Source: an uncultured Chloroflexota bacterium
GTDB taxonomy: Bacteria > Chloroflexota > Anaerolineae > Anaerolineales > Villigracilaceae
NCBI GenBank assembly: GCA_903837815.1
Contig: CAILWD010000022.1
Span: forward strand, 1-40,589
Direction: 5' to 3'
Length of the DNA stretch: 40,589 nucleotides
Every line of letters begins with the position of its first letter. Position 1 is the stretch's first letter. This document shows positions 28,339 to 37,497 of this stretch, piece by piece. A model generated the notes under the pieces. The model made no database searches, was not told where the DNA came from, and was given only the letters and a program-made list of their open reading frames with translations. The position numbers were made by a program, and so were the translations under genes.

Positions 28339-29872
28339 TGTGTTCACCGAGATAAACAAACTGACTGCTTCCGTTGGGATTTTGGAACAAGCCCTGAATT
28401 GGTTCTAATGCCGCTTCAGGCTCCAAAACTAGATAATACGCGTCGAACTGTTCGGCAACCTCCAGGATGGCTTCTTCGCCGCCATATGGAATCGAGACGG
28501 CGGAACGTTTCGTCTTCAAATAATAGCCGGGCGCATTGCGGACAATCACAACATCGTCGTCTTGAATGCCGTTCTCGACGAGAACCTGCTCGATGACGGG
28601 ATAATCCGCGTCTTCGCCTTCACCCCAGCCCAGCGTGAAAATTCTAAGGTACACGACATAAACCGTGAGGATCATCGCAATCATGATGAGGATGCTGCGA
28701 AAGACGAAGCGATTACCGGCATGTCCGATGCCGCGTTTTTGCAGGGAGTTCAAAATGGATTCAAGCCCAAGCGGGGCGAGCGACCACCAAATCGGCTGCA
28801 AGGCTGCGCCCGCGTGGAAGAAGGCTCCGCGCGCGCCGGCAAAGGGAAAGAGAACGGTCATGACGAAGAACAAAATCAACCACGCGAGACTTGCCAGTTT
28901 AACTCTTTCGTCTTTCCAATAATAAATGATTCCCGCTACGATGAAGGGAAATAATATGATTCCGCCATGCGCCGCGAATCCGCTTTGGAGATTGTTATTC
29001 AGCGCCCAAAGCCTGTCTTTGAGGATGTGGTCCCAGCCGAGGGCGAGGAAGGATTGTGGGGTAAGTTGTTCGGGCGGGTAGATGAAGGTCTGGTCGTAGT
29101 TGGCAAGCCAGAGGGCGCGGCTCCCGCCCGGAGCCATGAGCGAGCCATAGGCATTGAGGTTGCGGTCGTACCAGGGGGAGGTAATGAGGAGAAAGCCCAA
29201 AAGAGCAAGGATGAAAGATGAAGGATGAACGCTTCGCGTGAAAAGGGAATTTTTTTTGTTGCGCCAGAGAGCAAAGAGGAATGTGAGTCCCGCCCAGAGG
29301 AGTCCGTCGCTGCGGGAGAGGGTCATCAAGCCGGAGAGGATGCCGAGGAGGAGCCAGTTGCGGTTGAGATTTTTCCCCTGAATCAGTTGGGTGGCGACAA
29401 GGAAGTAAAATCCGCCGAAAAGCATGAAGGGGCTGAAGTTGTCGGTCACGCCGACAAATGGCGCGTGATAGACGGAGAAAATTGCCAGCAAGCCAGAGGC
29501 GATGGCGAGGTCGCGGCGTTGGGAGAAGGTGTAGGCAAGAGCAGCCGTCAGCGGAGGGACGATGGCGGCAATCAAGATGAAAAAGAGACGCGCCGAAGTG
29601 AAATTTATTTGTCCCGTGAGCCACATCCCCAGGGCGGCAATGATGGAAGAAAGCGGAGCCCAATAACTGTGGGACGGATGCGGAAGCGAGGAGACGCCGT
29701 CGAGATAATTCCACAGGTAAGGTTCGTTGAAGCCCTTGCCTGTTGCAAGTTGAATTCCGCCCGCATAGTAATAGTCCGCGTCGAGGTAGCCAGGATGGGT
29801 TTCAAAATACGAGATCGCAGACGTGACAACCAAGCCAAAGAGGAAAAGGAAGGTGTAGATACGGGTGGACAT
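28304..29872 (-). CDS. Polytopic membrane glycosyltransferase, GT-C (PMT/ArnT-like)
   Basis: DADYY..G..LA.GKG loop after TM1, W.PL, RSDG, PW..RN; C-terminal extracytoplasmic domain. Confidence 0.7.
   Translation of the reverse strand: MSTRIYTFLFLFGLVVTSAISYFETHPGYLDADYYYAGGIQLATGKGFNEPYLWNYLDGVSSLPHPSHSYWAPLSSIIAALGMWLTGQINFTSARLFFILIAAIVPPLTAALAYTFSQRRDLAIASGLLAIFSVYHAPFVGVTDNFSPFMLFGGFYFLVATQLIQGKNLNRNWLLLGILSGLMTLSRSDGLLWAGLTFLFALWRNKKNSLFTRSVHPSSFILALLGFLLITSPWYDRNLNAYGSLMAPGGSRALWLANYDQTFIYPPEQLTPQSFLALGWDHILKDRLWALNNNLQSGFAAHGGIILFPFIVAGIIYYWKDERVKLASLAWLILFFVMTVLFPFAGARGAFFHAGAALQPIWWSLAPLGLESILNSLQKRGIGHAGNRFVFRSILIMIAMILTVYVVYLRIFTLGWGEGEDADYPVIEQVLVENGIQDDDVVIVRNAPGYYLKTKRSAVSIPYGGEEAILEVAEQFDAYYLVLEPEAALEPIQGLFQNPNGSSQFVYLGEHNDTRIYHIRIE
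29207..29229. repeat. Heptamer tandem repeat inside coding sequence
   Basis: AAGGATG-AAAGATG-AAGGATG-AA; 21 nt, frame-preserving. Confidence 0.7.
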
Positions 29873-29879
29873 GGGGGGA

Positions 29880-29902
29880 AAGGATGAATGATGAAGGATA
29901 AA
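29880..29902. repeat. Heptamer tandem repeat, intergenic
   Basis: AAGGATG-AATGATG-AAGGATA-AA. Confidence 0.7.
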
Positions 29903-29917
29903 ACGTACGATTGCAAG

Positions 29918-31180
29918 TTACGATTTTTGATTTGCCAGGTCGCTGAGAATACGCGGCGGACGGATCGCCCACCAGCGAATCCAGTATAAGCCAACGAGGG
30001 TGGAAAGGGGAAGAAAGAGAAATGTCGATTCGCTGGCAAATTTGTAAGAACTGCCAAACGAAAGAAAATACAGCAGCCACGGGATGGCAAAAATGAACAG
30101 CATGAGCAGGAAGGTCAGCCCGTTGCCGATTCTCCGCCAGCGGTCATGGACAACGGAGAAGACCAGTGCAAGCGGGATGATCAGCACGACGAGATGCTCG
30201 ATCTCGGTGCGGAATCCAAGCAAGGGAGCGGCGGCAAGCGAAAGACAGGATGCCCAATAGAAGCGGCGGAAGTCCCCGCTGACAGCAGAACTCCATTCAT
30301 AGCCCAAAGCGATGACCAGCCCGATGGTTAGAATCCAACCGAGAGTTTGTCCCTGCGCGGGGAGAAGGTGGACGAGAACGGCGTGGGCGCCGAATCCGAA
30401 GTCTGCCCGCAGGTTGTTGACCGTGGCGCGCAGGAAGGGAATCACCCAGTTGGGATAGGTAAGGAAGGCGACAAAGTACATGACAAGGGCAAACATGAAA
30501 AAGCCAGCGAAGATGCGCGTACGCTTTTCACGGTAGGCGCGCCAGAAGAAAAGAATCAAAAACGGAGCGCCAACCTCCCAGTAATAAAGCGAAAACGACA
30601 GCAGGGCGCCCACGAATTCGTCGGCTTCGGCGCGATAGGCTGTGAGGATGGCGGCATAGAAGAACGCCAACATCAAGGCGGGGCTGGATTCGTAAACGGC
30701 TTGGAAGGCATAGAAATTGCAAACCGCAAGGAAGGCAAAAAAGATTGCGAAAAAGCGCGGGGATTCCCAGTCGGTGAGGCGCAGGCTCAGAACCGCCAGC
30801 GCGAACAGAGCCAGTTCGAGGAACAAAGTGAAAACAGCGCGGGCGGTGGCAGGGTCTGAAACAAGAGAAATGGGAAAATAAAGCAGGAGGATTTGAAAGG
30901 GCGTGTCTAGAATATACGGCTCGTCCCCCGCTTTTGTCGAACCTTCATAGACGAGTCCCTGCACGCGGGCGGCGACTTCGCCGCTGTACGGATCGATTTT
31001 GTCGAAGAGGAAGGCGCGCGCTCCAACCCAATGGACGTAAAAATCGCCGCCGCCTTTCAGGGTAAAGTTGGCATAAAGCAATGCGGCGCAGATGAGCAGA
31101 AAGAGAATCACGGCCAGCGCGATGAATTGATAGTCGCGCGGGGTGAGGGATTTGGAGGGAGGTTGGAAGTGTGTGGTCAA
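29918..31180 (-). CDS. Membrane glycosyltransferase, GT87-like (GT-C)
   Basis: GDFYVHW.GAR.F....DPYS after TM1; many TM segments; TTG start. Confidence 0.68.
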   Translation of the reverse strand: MTTHFQPPSKSLTPRDYQFIALAVILFLLICAALLYANFTLKGGGDFYVHWVGARAFLFDKIDPYSGEVAARVQGLVYEGSTKAGDEPYILDTPFQILLLYFPISLVSDPATARAVFTLFLELALFALAVLSLRLTDWESPRFFAIFFAFLAVCNFYAFQAVYESSPALMLAFFYAAILTAYRAEADEFVGALLSFSLYYWEVGAPFLILFFWRAYREKRTRIFAGFFMFALVMYFVAFLTYPNWVIPFLRATVNNLRADFGFGAHAVLVHLLPAQGQTLGWILTIGLVIALGYEWSSAVSGDFRRFYWASCLSLAAAPLLGFRTEIEHLVVLIIPLALVFSVVHDRWRRIGNGLTFLLMLFIFAIPWLLYFLSFGSSYKFASESTFLFLPLSTLVGLYWIRWWAIRPPRILSDLANQKS

Positions 31181-31206
31181 TCGGCAATTGGTAAATAGTA
31201 ATTATT
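31179..31206. repeat. Degenerate heptamer tandem repeat
   Basis: AATCGGC-AATTGGT-AAATAGT-AATTATT. Confidence 0.4.
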
Positions 31207-31209
31207 GAG

Positions 31210-31800
31210 CTATTGGAGAAAGTACCGAAAAATAGGGCGGGTCGGTGAGTAGCGGGCGACTTCCACGAAGCCTGCTTTTTTGAAGGCGGATGCCGTACCG
31301 GTGTAAACAAAGGTATCGGCTTGATTTTTGGATGTGTCCACAGGGTAGCCTTCCACAATGTTACCGCCCTGCTTTTTGACATATTCGACGGCGGCCTTGA
31401 GCAACTCGACGGTGATTCCCTTGCGGCGATGTTTCTTCTCGACGAAGAAACAGGTGATCGACCAGACTGGCTGGTCGTCCACAGGTTTGAGGACACGCGA
31501 ATGCGCCAGTTTCGGGTAGGCGCTGCGCGGCTCGACAGCGATCCAGCCGACAGGGTAGCCCTCGGAATAAGCCAACAGCCCAGGGACGGTTTTCGAATCC
31601 ACGACGGCTTTTTGCAATTGGCGGGCGGTATAACCGGCGCTTTCTTCGAAAGATTTGCCGCGCAATTTCCAGTACATGCACCAGCAACCGCCGCAGGCTC
31701 CGTTCCTGCCGAAGAGCATTTCGAAGTCGCGCCAGAGTTTTTGCGTCAGCGGGTGAAACGTCAACCCCAATTCGTCGATAAGACTCGATTCTTCTTCCAT
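31210..31800 (-). CDS. GNAT-family N-acetyltransferase with CxxCWC motif
   Basis: GACGGCWCMYW, WSITCFFV, RRKGI, VEGYP, FKKAGF; start trimmed from ORF 31899. Confidence 0.85.
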   Translation of the reverse strand: MEEESSLIDELGLTFHPLTQKLWRDFEMLFGRNGACGGCWCMYWKLRGKSFEESAGYTARQLQKAVVDSKTVPGLLAYSEGYPVGWIAVEPRSAYPKLAHSRVLKPVDDQPVWSITCFFVEKKHRRKGITVELLKAAVEYVKKQGGNIVEGYPVDTSKNQADTFVYTGTASAFKKAGFVEVARYSPTRPIFRYFLQ

Positions 31801-31805
31801 AAAAA

Positions 31806-32705
31806 CTATCGTCCCTCCACAAGATGTTCGTGATCCAGCGCTCCCGAAGTCCACTCTTTGAATTGGGAAAGCAGGACAGCAATAAAGATAAGCACACAAC
31901 CAAAGACTTGAATCAGGGCGAGCCTTTCATTCAAAAAGAGCCAGCCTGACAGCACCGCAAAAACAGATTCGAGACTCATCAGCAGGGCGGCGTCGGCGGG
32001 AGGCGTGTGACGCTGCGCCCAAATTTGCATGGTGTACGCCAGCGCCAGCGAGAAGAAAGCCGTGTACGCAACTGCCCCAATCCATGACCAGTCTGGCGCG
32101 GGAAACGGCTCTACAAAGACGCCTAGTACAAAATTGAGGATGCCGCAGACGATAAGTTGTCCCACAGAAAAGGTCATGGCTTCAAAACGGGAGGCATATT
32201 TGCCGAGGATGATGACGTGGAAGGTCCAGAACAGGACGCTGACTAGAACCAGCAAATCGCCCACACGGATTTCGAACCTGCCGCCCGTCGAGAGGAGGAA
32301 TGCTCCCACCGCAGCCAGTCCAACTGCAAGGATGGACATCCAATGCGGCTTCTCACCCCAAACGAAAAAGAGGGCAATGGGTACCAGCACCACGTATAAA
32401 CTCGTGATGAACCCCGCATTGCCCGCCGTGGTGTAAACCACGCCTACTTGCTGTAAAGCGCTCCCCAGAAAAAGAAGGGAGCCGGCAATCAACATCCACT
32501 TGTATTGGTCGCGTGATATTTTCGGAGAGGCCGAGGACGTGCCTACACGCAGAGCAAGTGGCAACACCGCCAGAGCCGCAAGAAGGTAGCGTGCGGCGTT
32601 GAACAGGTACACGCTTCCCATCTGACCGGCAATCCGTTGGGCGACAAATGCCGAGCCCCAAATAACAGCAACGATAAGAAGGGTTAGGTCTGCTTTTAAT
32701 CGCAT
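31806..32705 (-). CDS. DMT/EamA-family transporter
   Basis: IWGSAFVAQ, LQQVG, GFITSLYVV.VP, SLESVFA; about 10 TM; start at MRLKAD. Confidence 0.9.
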   Translation of the reverse strand: MRLKADLTLLIVAVIWGSAFVAQRIAGQMGSVYLFNAARYLLAALAVLPLALRVGTSSASPKISRDQYKWMLIAGSLLFLGSALQQVGVVYTTAGNAGFITSLYVVLVPIALFFVWGEKPHWMSILAVGLAAVGAFLLSTGGRFEIRVGDLLVLVSVLFWTFHVIILGKYASRFEAMTFSVGQLIVCGILNFVLGVFVEPFPAPDWSWIGAVAYTAFFSLALAYTMQIWAQRHTPPADAALLMSLESVFAVLSGWLFLNERLALIQVFGCVLIFIAVLLSQFKEWTSGALDHEHLVEGR

Positions 32706-32720
32706 GGAACTCCAAAGGCA

Positions 32721-32799
32721 AGGGATGAAGGATGAAACTTGAAATGATACAATTACCAAATCTTACCCAACTTGATACTCGTTTACTTGTTTACTTGTG
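32721..32799. repeat. Heptamer and octamer tandem repeats in a divergent promoter region
   Basis: AGGGATG-AAGGATG-AAACTTG (32721-32741) and TACTCGTT-TACTTGTT-TACTTGTG (32776-32799). Confidence 0.6.
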
Positions 32800-32864
32800 T
32801 GCTTTACACCGCCCGCCAATCATAGCATATAACCTCGATAACCCCAAAGAAATACGGAGAAATA

Positions 32865-34268
32865 TTGAAAACTCGAACCGAACATGACCTGCTTGGCGAC
32901 CGCGAAGTCCCTGCGGATGCTTATTACGGAGTCCACACCCTGCGCGCGCTGGAAAACTTCCCGATCAGCAAAATCCCGATCAGCACTTACCCGAATCTGG
33001 TCAAGGCGCTGGCATATGTCAAAGAGGCTTGTGCGCTGGCGAATCACGAACTGGGACTGTTGGATGATTCCAAGACGAACGCCATCGTCGGAGCCTGCAA
33101 AGAACTCATTGACGGCAAACTGAATGACCAGTTCGTAGTGGATGTAGTCCAGGGCGGAGCGGGAACGTCAACCAACATGAATGCCAACGAAGTCATTGCC
33201 AACCGTGCGTTGGAACTGCTTGGCTGTGAACGCGGCGATTACAAGAAACTGCATCCGCTCGAAGATGTCAACATGAGCCAAAGCACCAACGACGTCTACC
33301 CGACGGCGGTCAAGGTGGCGCTGCGCTTCAAGATCGACGAACTCATCGCGGGGATGGAAATCCTGCGACTCGCCTTTGCCGAAAAAGCCGAGGAGTTCAA
33401 GGATATCCTCAAGATGGGTCGCACCCAATTGCAAGACGCCGTCCCGATGACTCTTGGTCAGGAATTCAGCACCTACGCGGTGATGCTCGAAGAAGACCAG
33501 CAGCGCCTGCGCGAAGCCGCCTTGTTGATTCAGGAAATCAACCTCGGCGCGACAGCCATCGGCACGGGAATCAACGCCCACCCCGATTATGCGGCGTTGG
33601 CTCAAAAGCATCTTAGCGAGTTGACGGGAATCCAGTACATCACCGCCAGCAACCTGGTCGAAGCCACGCAGGATGCGGGCGCGTTCGTCCAACTCTCTGG
33701 CGTGTTGAAGCGCGTGGCGGTCAAGCTCTCGAAGGTCTGCAACGACCTGCGCCTGCTTTCCTCTGGACCTCGCACCGGGTTTGGCGAAATCAACTTGCCC
33801 GCCGTTCAAGCTGGGTCGAGCATCATGCCCGGGAAGGTGAATCCTGTCATCCCCGAAGTAGTCAACCAGATTGCATTTCTGGTCATCGGCAACGATGTGA
33901 CCGTCTCCTTTGCCGCGGAGGGCGGACAATTACAACTCAACGCCTTCGAGCCGATCATCGCTCACAGCCTGTTTGACAATCTGGTCTACCTGCGGCAGGG
34001 GTGTGTCACGCTGGCGGAGCGCTGCGTGAAGGGAATCACCGCCAACCGCGAACACCTCGACAAGTTGCTGCAAAGTTCCATTGGAATAGTCACCGCATTG
34101 AATCCGTTAATCGGTTATGAGAACGCAACTTCTGTTGCGATGGAAGCACACGCCACAGGCAGGAGCGTCGCCGAGATCGTGCTGGAGCGCGGCTTGTTGA
34201 CCAAGGAACAACTCGACGAAGTCCTGCGCCCCGAAGTATTGACACAGCCAAGGTGGATCAAGAGGTAA
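32865..34268 (+). CDS. aspA: Aspartate ammonia-lyase
   Basis: RALENF, QGGAGTSTNMNANE, SQSTND, GRTQLQDAVP, GSSIMPGKVNP; TTG start after GGAG. Confidence 0.95.
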   Translation: MKTRTEHDLLGDREVPADAYYGVHTLRALENFPISKIPISTYPNLVKALAYVKEACALANHELGLLDDSKTNAIVGACKELIDGKLNDQFVVDVVQGGAGTSTNMNANEVIANRALELLGCERGDYKKLHPLEDVNMSQSTNDVYPTAVKVALRFKIDELIAGMEILRLAFAEKAEEFKDILKMGRTQLQDAVPMTLGQEFSTYAVMLEEDQQRLREAALLIQEINLGATAIGTGINAHPDYAALAQKHLSELTGIQYITASNLVEATQDAGAFVQLSGVLKRVAVKLSKVCNDLRLLSSGPRTGFGEINLPAVQAGSSIMPGKVNPVIPEVVNQIAFLVIGNDVTVSFAAEGGQLQLNAFEPIIAHSLFDNLVYLRQGCVTLAERCVKGITANREHLDKLLQSSIGIVTALNPLIGYENATSVAMEAHATGRSVAEIVLERGLLTKEQLDEVLRPEVLTQPRWIKR

Positions 34269-34270
34269 GT

Positions 34271-34780
34271 ATGGACGTCCTCATTCGGTCTGAAAATTCA
34301 GCCGACGTTGCAGCCATCGAGCAGGTCACCATCGCGGCATTCAAAGGCAGATGGTACAGCGACCAAACGGAACATATGGTCATCGATCGCCTGCGCGAGG
34401 CTGAAGCCATGTCCGTTTCGCTTGTCGCTGAAGTCGATGAAAAAGTCGTCGGGCACGTGGCCTTTTCGGTCGTGACCATCGACGGCGAAGATAAAGGCTG
34501 GTACGGGTTGGGTCCCGTTTCAGTCTCACCCGAAGTCCAAAAACTGGGTATCGGCTCAAAACTGATTCGGGAAGGCTTGTCCCAAATCAAGGAAAAAGGC
34601 GCAAGAGGTTGCGTCCTCGAAGGCGACCCCAATTACTATCAGAGGTTTGGATTCAAAAATCACCCAGACCTGATTTATAAAGGCACGCCGGACCAAAAGT
34701 ACTTCATGGCGCTGCCATTCTATGAAGATGTACCCAAAGGACAGGTAGAGTTCCACAAGGCTTTCTACGGCGCGATATAA
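34271..34780 (+). CDS. GNAT-family N-acetyltransferase (YhbS-like)
   Basis: SLVAE, VVGHVAFS, LGPVSV.PE.QKLGIG, GDPNYYQRFGF; SD GAGG. Confidence 0.9.
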   Translation: MDVLIRSENSADVAAIEQVTIAAFKGRWYSDQTEHMVIDRLREAEAMSVSLVAEVDEKVVGHVAFSVVTIDGEDKGWYGLGPVSVSPEVQKLGIGSKLIREGLSQIKEKGARGCVLEGDPNYYQRFGFKNHPDLIYKGTPDQKYFMALPFYEDVPKGQVEFHKAFYGAI

Positions 34781-34800
34781 CTTTACAAGGAGATTTTCCC

Positions 34801-35265
34801 ATGCCCATATCATCTGGAATCCCCGCCCCCGATTTCGAACTATCGGACGACACGAATGCCCTGCGCAAATTGTCGGACTATCGCGGCAAAAACGTGGTGC
34901 TGTATTTCTATCCCAAAGATGACACACCAGGCTGTACAAAAGAAGCCTGCAATTTCCGCGACGATTACTCAGCTTACGAAAAGGCTGGCGTGGTGATCCT
35001 CGGCATCAGCCCAGATTCGGTCAAGTCTCACGTAAAATTCAAGCAAAAATTCCAATTGCAATTTCCCCTCCTCGCAGACGAAGGTCACAAGGTCTGCGAC
35101 TTGTATGGCGTTTGGGGACCAAAAAAATTCATGGGCAAACAGTACGAAGGCGTGCTCCGCACCACCTTTCTAATCGACGCAGAAGGCAACATCAAGTATG
35201 TGTTTGAGAACGTACGTCCTGCCGAGCATAGCGCGGAACTGCTGGAAAAACTGGCGCCGTCATAA
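34801..35265 (+). CDS. bcp: Peroxiredoxin, BCP/PrxQ family
   Basis: YFYPKDDTPGCTKEAC, RTTFLID; SD AAGGAG. Confidence 0.95.
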   Translation: MPISSGIPAPDFELSDDTNALRKLSDYRGKNVVLYFYPKDDTPGCTKEACNFRDDYSAYEKAGVVILGISPDSVKSHVKFKQKFQLQFPLLADEGHKVCDLYGVWGPKKFMGKQYEGVLRTTFLIDAEGNIKYVFENVRPAEHSAELLEKLAPS

Positions 35266-35299
35266 TCGAAATTTGTCGCCCAAAAGGGGAAAAAATATC

Positions 35300-35328
35300 T
35301 TGATGGACACCCCCTTTTATTGTATGAT
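35300..35328 (+). promoter_or_regulatory. Putative sigma70-type promoter
   Basis: TTGATG-17 nt-TATGAT. Confidence 0.55.
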
Positions 35329-35359
35329 TAGGGTAATTATCATATAGAACTCCTTATGG

Positions 35360-35737
35360 ATGGAAAATGCGATGACAAAAATTTTGGTCGTGGATGATGA
35401 TCCGCAGGTCACGCTGCTGTTGAGAAAATATCTTTCTGCAAAGAACTTTGAGGTCACTGTCCTGAATCAAAGTTCAAAAGCCATTTCCACAGCACACTTG
35501 AACCATCCTGACCTGTTCATCCTCGACCTGATGATGCCACAACCCGACGGTTTTGAGCTATGCAGGCAATTGCGCGCGGAACCGGCGTTCGCGCGAACGC
35601 CAATCCTGATCATCACCGCCATGGACATCAGCAACAGCAGCGCGACTGCCTTCGGCGCAAACGATTACCTGGCAAAACCCTTCAGTTTCGATGAAGTCAA
35701 CAGGAAGATCAATTCTTTGCTTGGTAAACCGGAATAG
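35360..35737 (+). CDS. Single-domain response regulator (paralog 1)
   Basis: ILVVDDD, LDLMMPQPDG, ITA, AKPF; start may be 35372. Confidence 0.9.
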   Translation: MENAMTKILVVDDDPQVTLLLRKYLSAKNFEVTVLNQSSKAISTAHLNHPDLFILDLMMPQPDGFELCRQLRAEPAFARTPILIITAMDISNSSATAFGANDYLAKPFSFDEVNRKINSLLGKPE

Positions 35738-35763
35738 CCTGATTCCACTCTCATCGCAGTCAA

Positions 35764-35795
35764 AAAAGCATCTGTTCCAATGGGCGGATGCTTTT
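35764..35795 (+). terminator. Intrinsic terminator
   Basis: AAAAGCATCTGTTC / GGGCGGATGCTTTT stem with G:U pairs on the + strand. Confidence 0.6.
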
Positions 35796-35945
35796 CAATC
35801 TACCGGCAAAATTGCAATGCACATGCCATAATTCGCCGCCTCAAAGGGTATAATATTGTTGTCCACGGTTGCACACATATCCATTTTCTTGTTCTGCAAT
35901 CTCGATAAAAAACAATCAATAAACCGACCAGGAAATATAACTAGT

Positions 35946-36305
35946 ATGACAAAAATCATGATTGTGGACGACGACGAACAAGTCACTGTTCTGCTCGGCA
36001 AACTTCTCGCCATGGAGGGTTACGAAATTACAGCCGTCAATGAAAGTTCAGAGGCGCATCAAATCGCCCTGTCTGTCAAGCCTGACCTGTTTCTCCTGGA
36101 CCTGATGATGCCTGATCCAGATGGGTTTAAGTTGTGCAGAATGTTACGCGCAGATTCCCGCTTTATCTTTACTCCAATCATCATTGTCACCGCTCTGGAT
36201 GACAACGACAGCCGCGTGGTTGCCTTTGGCGCAGGGGCCAATGACTACATCACAAAGCCCTTCCACACCAGCGACCTGGTCGAGAGAATCAGAAAACTGA
36301 CCTAG
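35946..36305 (+). CDS. Single-domain response regulator (paralog 2)
   Basis: IMIVDDD, LDLMMPDPDG, VTA, TKPF; start trimmed to MTKIM by alignment with paralog 1. Confidence 0.9.
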   Translation: MTKIMIVDDDEQVTVLLGKLLAMEGYEITAVNESSEAHQIALSVKPDLFLLDLMMPDPDGFKLCRMLRADSRFIFTPIIIVTALDDNDSRVVAFGAGANDYITKPFHTSDLVERIRKLT

Positions 36306-36320
36306 CTCCGGTCACAAACC

Positions 36321-36349
36321 AAAACGCCTTCCGCCCGGAGGGCGTTTTT
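36321..36349 (+). terminator. Intrinsic terminator
   Basis: AAAACGCCTTCC-gccc-GGAGGGCGTTTTT. Confidence 0.75.
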
Positions 36350-36383
36350 GATTCCTCTGTTTTGGTTACAGAAAGGTAAAGCC

Positions 36384-36587
36384 GTGCCCAAAGCATTCAC
36401 AGAACATGAAAAGGAAACCATCCCCACCCAGATGCAGGACAAGTTGTTTGAAAGGCACTGCTTGAAGAAAACCAATATCCCAACCAAGGCGGTGGATGAG
36501 GCAATAAAGAAATTATCCATCGCAAATTATGCGGAGCACAAGGCGGGCAAACTTTCGAGCGGAAGCTTTCAGCGATTGGAACCGTGA
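36384..36587 (+). pseudogene. Chimeric remnant: TetR-regulator N-terminus joined to an ABC ATPase signature fragment
   Basis: GTG start after AAAGGT; MPKAFTEHEKETI...LFERH.LKKTNI (TetR helices 1-2) then AVDEAIKKL...AEHKAGKLSSGSFQRL (ABC signature region). Confidence 0.6.
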
Positions 36588-36648
36588 GTAGCTTTGGGAA
36601 GGAGAAAACAAGTAAAATCGGGGACAAATAAATTTTCGGAGCCATATC

Positions 36649-37458
36649 ATGTCCACTGAAGTTATTACTCAATTCGTCAACACTTATCTCATGCCGCTGG
36701 GCTGGAAGTTGATCGGCGCAATTGTCGTCTGGATCGTCGGCGGGTGGATAATCAGCCTGCTGGTGAAGGCGCTCGACAAAGCCATGCAGCGCCGCAAGTT
36801 CGACCAGACCCTCGCCAAATATGCGCATGGCGGAGCCAATATTGCCCTGCGCATTCTGCTGGTCATCGTCATCTTCAGCCTGCTGGGAATTGAAACCACT
36901 TCATTCGCTGCGCTGATTGCGGCGGCTGGAGTTGCCATTGGCGCGGCATGGGCTGGGTTGCTGGCACATTTTGCGGCGGGCGTCTTCCTCATCTTCCTGC
37001 ATCCGTTCAAGGTTGGGGATGCGGTAACGGTGGGAGGAGTTACAGGCGTAGTGCGGGAAATCGGTTTATTCTCCACCACGCTTGATACATCGGATAATAT
37101 CCGCGTGTACGTGGGGAACAACACGATCTTTTCGGGTAACATCCAAAACTTCTCGACCAATCCCAACCGTCGGGTGGACCTGACCGCCCAAATCGCACAC
37201 GAAACATCTCCCGCAGATGCGATTCGGCGTATCAAAAAAAAGTTGGACAGCATCCCCAACGTGCTGGTTGACCCTGCGCCTGTGGTGGAAATTTTGACCT
37301 TCAACGAGTATGGGACTGTGCTGGCTGTGAGACCGTTCTGCGCGCCGGACCATTACTGGCAGGTTTACTTCGACGTGAATAAAGCCATCGTGGAAGTTGG
37401 TGCCGAAGGAAAATTCAAAGTCCCCGCCCGCCGCATGACAACAAGAAACATGCGCTAA
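36649..37458 (+). CDS. mscS: Small-conductance mechanosensitive channel, MscS family
   Basis: LGIETTSFAALIAAAGVAIG.A, PFKVGD, G.V.EIGLFST, NFS...RRVD. Confidence 0.92.
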   Translation: MSTEVITQFVNTYLMPLGWKLIGAIVVWIVGGWIISLLVKALDKAMQRRKFDQTLAKYAHGGANIALRILLVIVIFSLLGIETTSFAALIAAAGVAIGAAWAGLLAHFAAGVFLIFLHPFKVGDAVTVGGVTGVVREIGLFSTTLDTSDNIRVYVGNNTIFSGNIQNFSTNPNRRVDLTAQIAHETSPADAIRRIKKKLDSIPNVLVDPAPVVEILTFNEYGTVLAVRPFCAPDHYWQVYFDVNKAIVEVGAEGKFKVPARRMTTRNMR

Positions 37459-37497
37459 CCAACCAGGGAGTTACGGAGATAACCCAATATCCAAAGT

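Noticed and set aside
27268-28596. 442-aa + strand ORF
   Set aside because: Antisense shadow of hydrophobic GT-C genes, with no recognisable motif.
32865-34268. Class II fumarase (fumC) call
   Set aside because: Has GAGTS, GRTQLQDA and LGATAIGTG of aspartases rather than TGSGT and GRTH of FumC.
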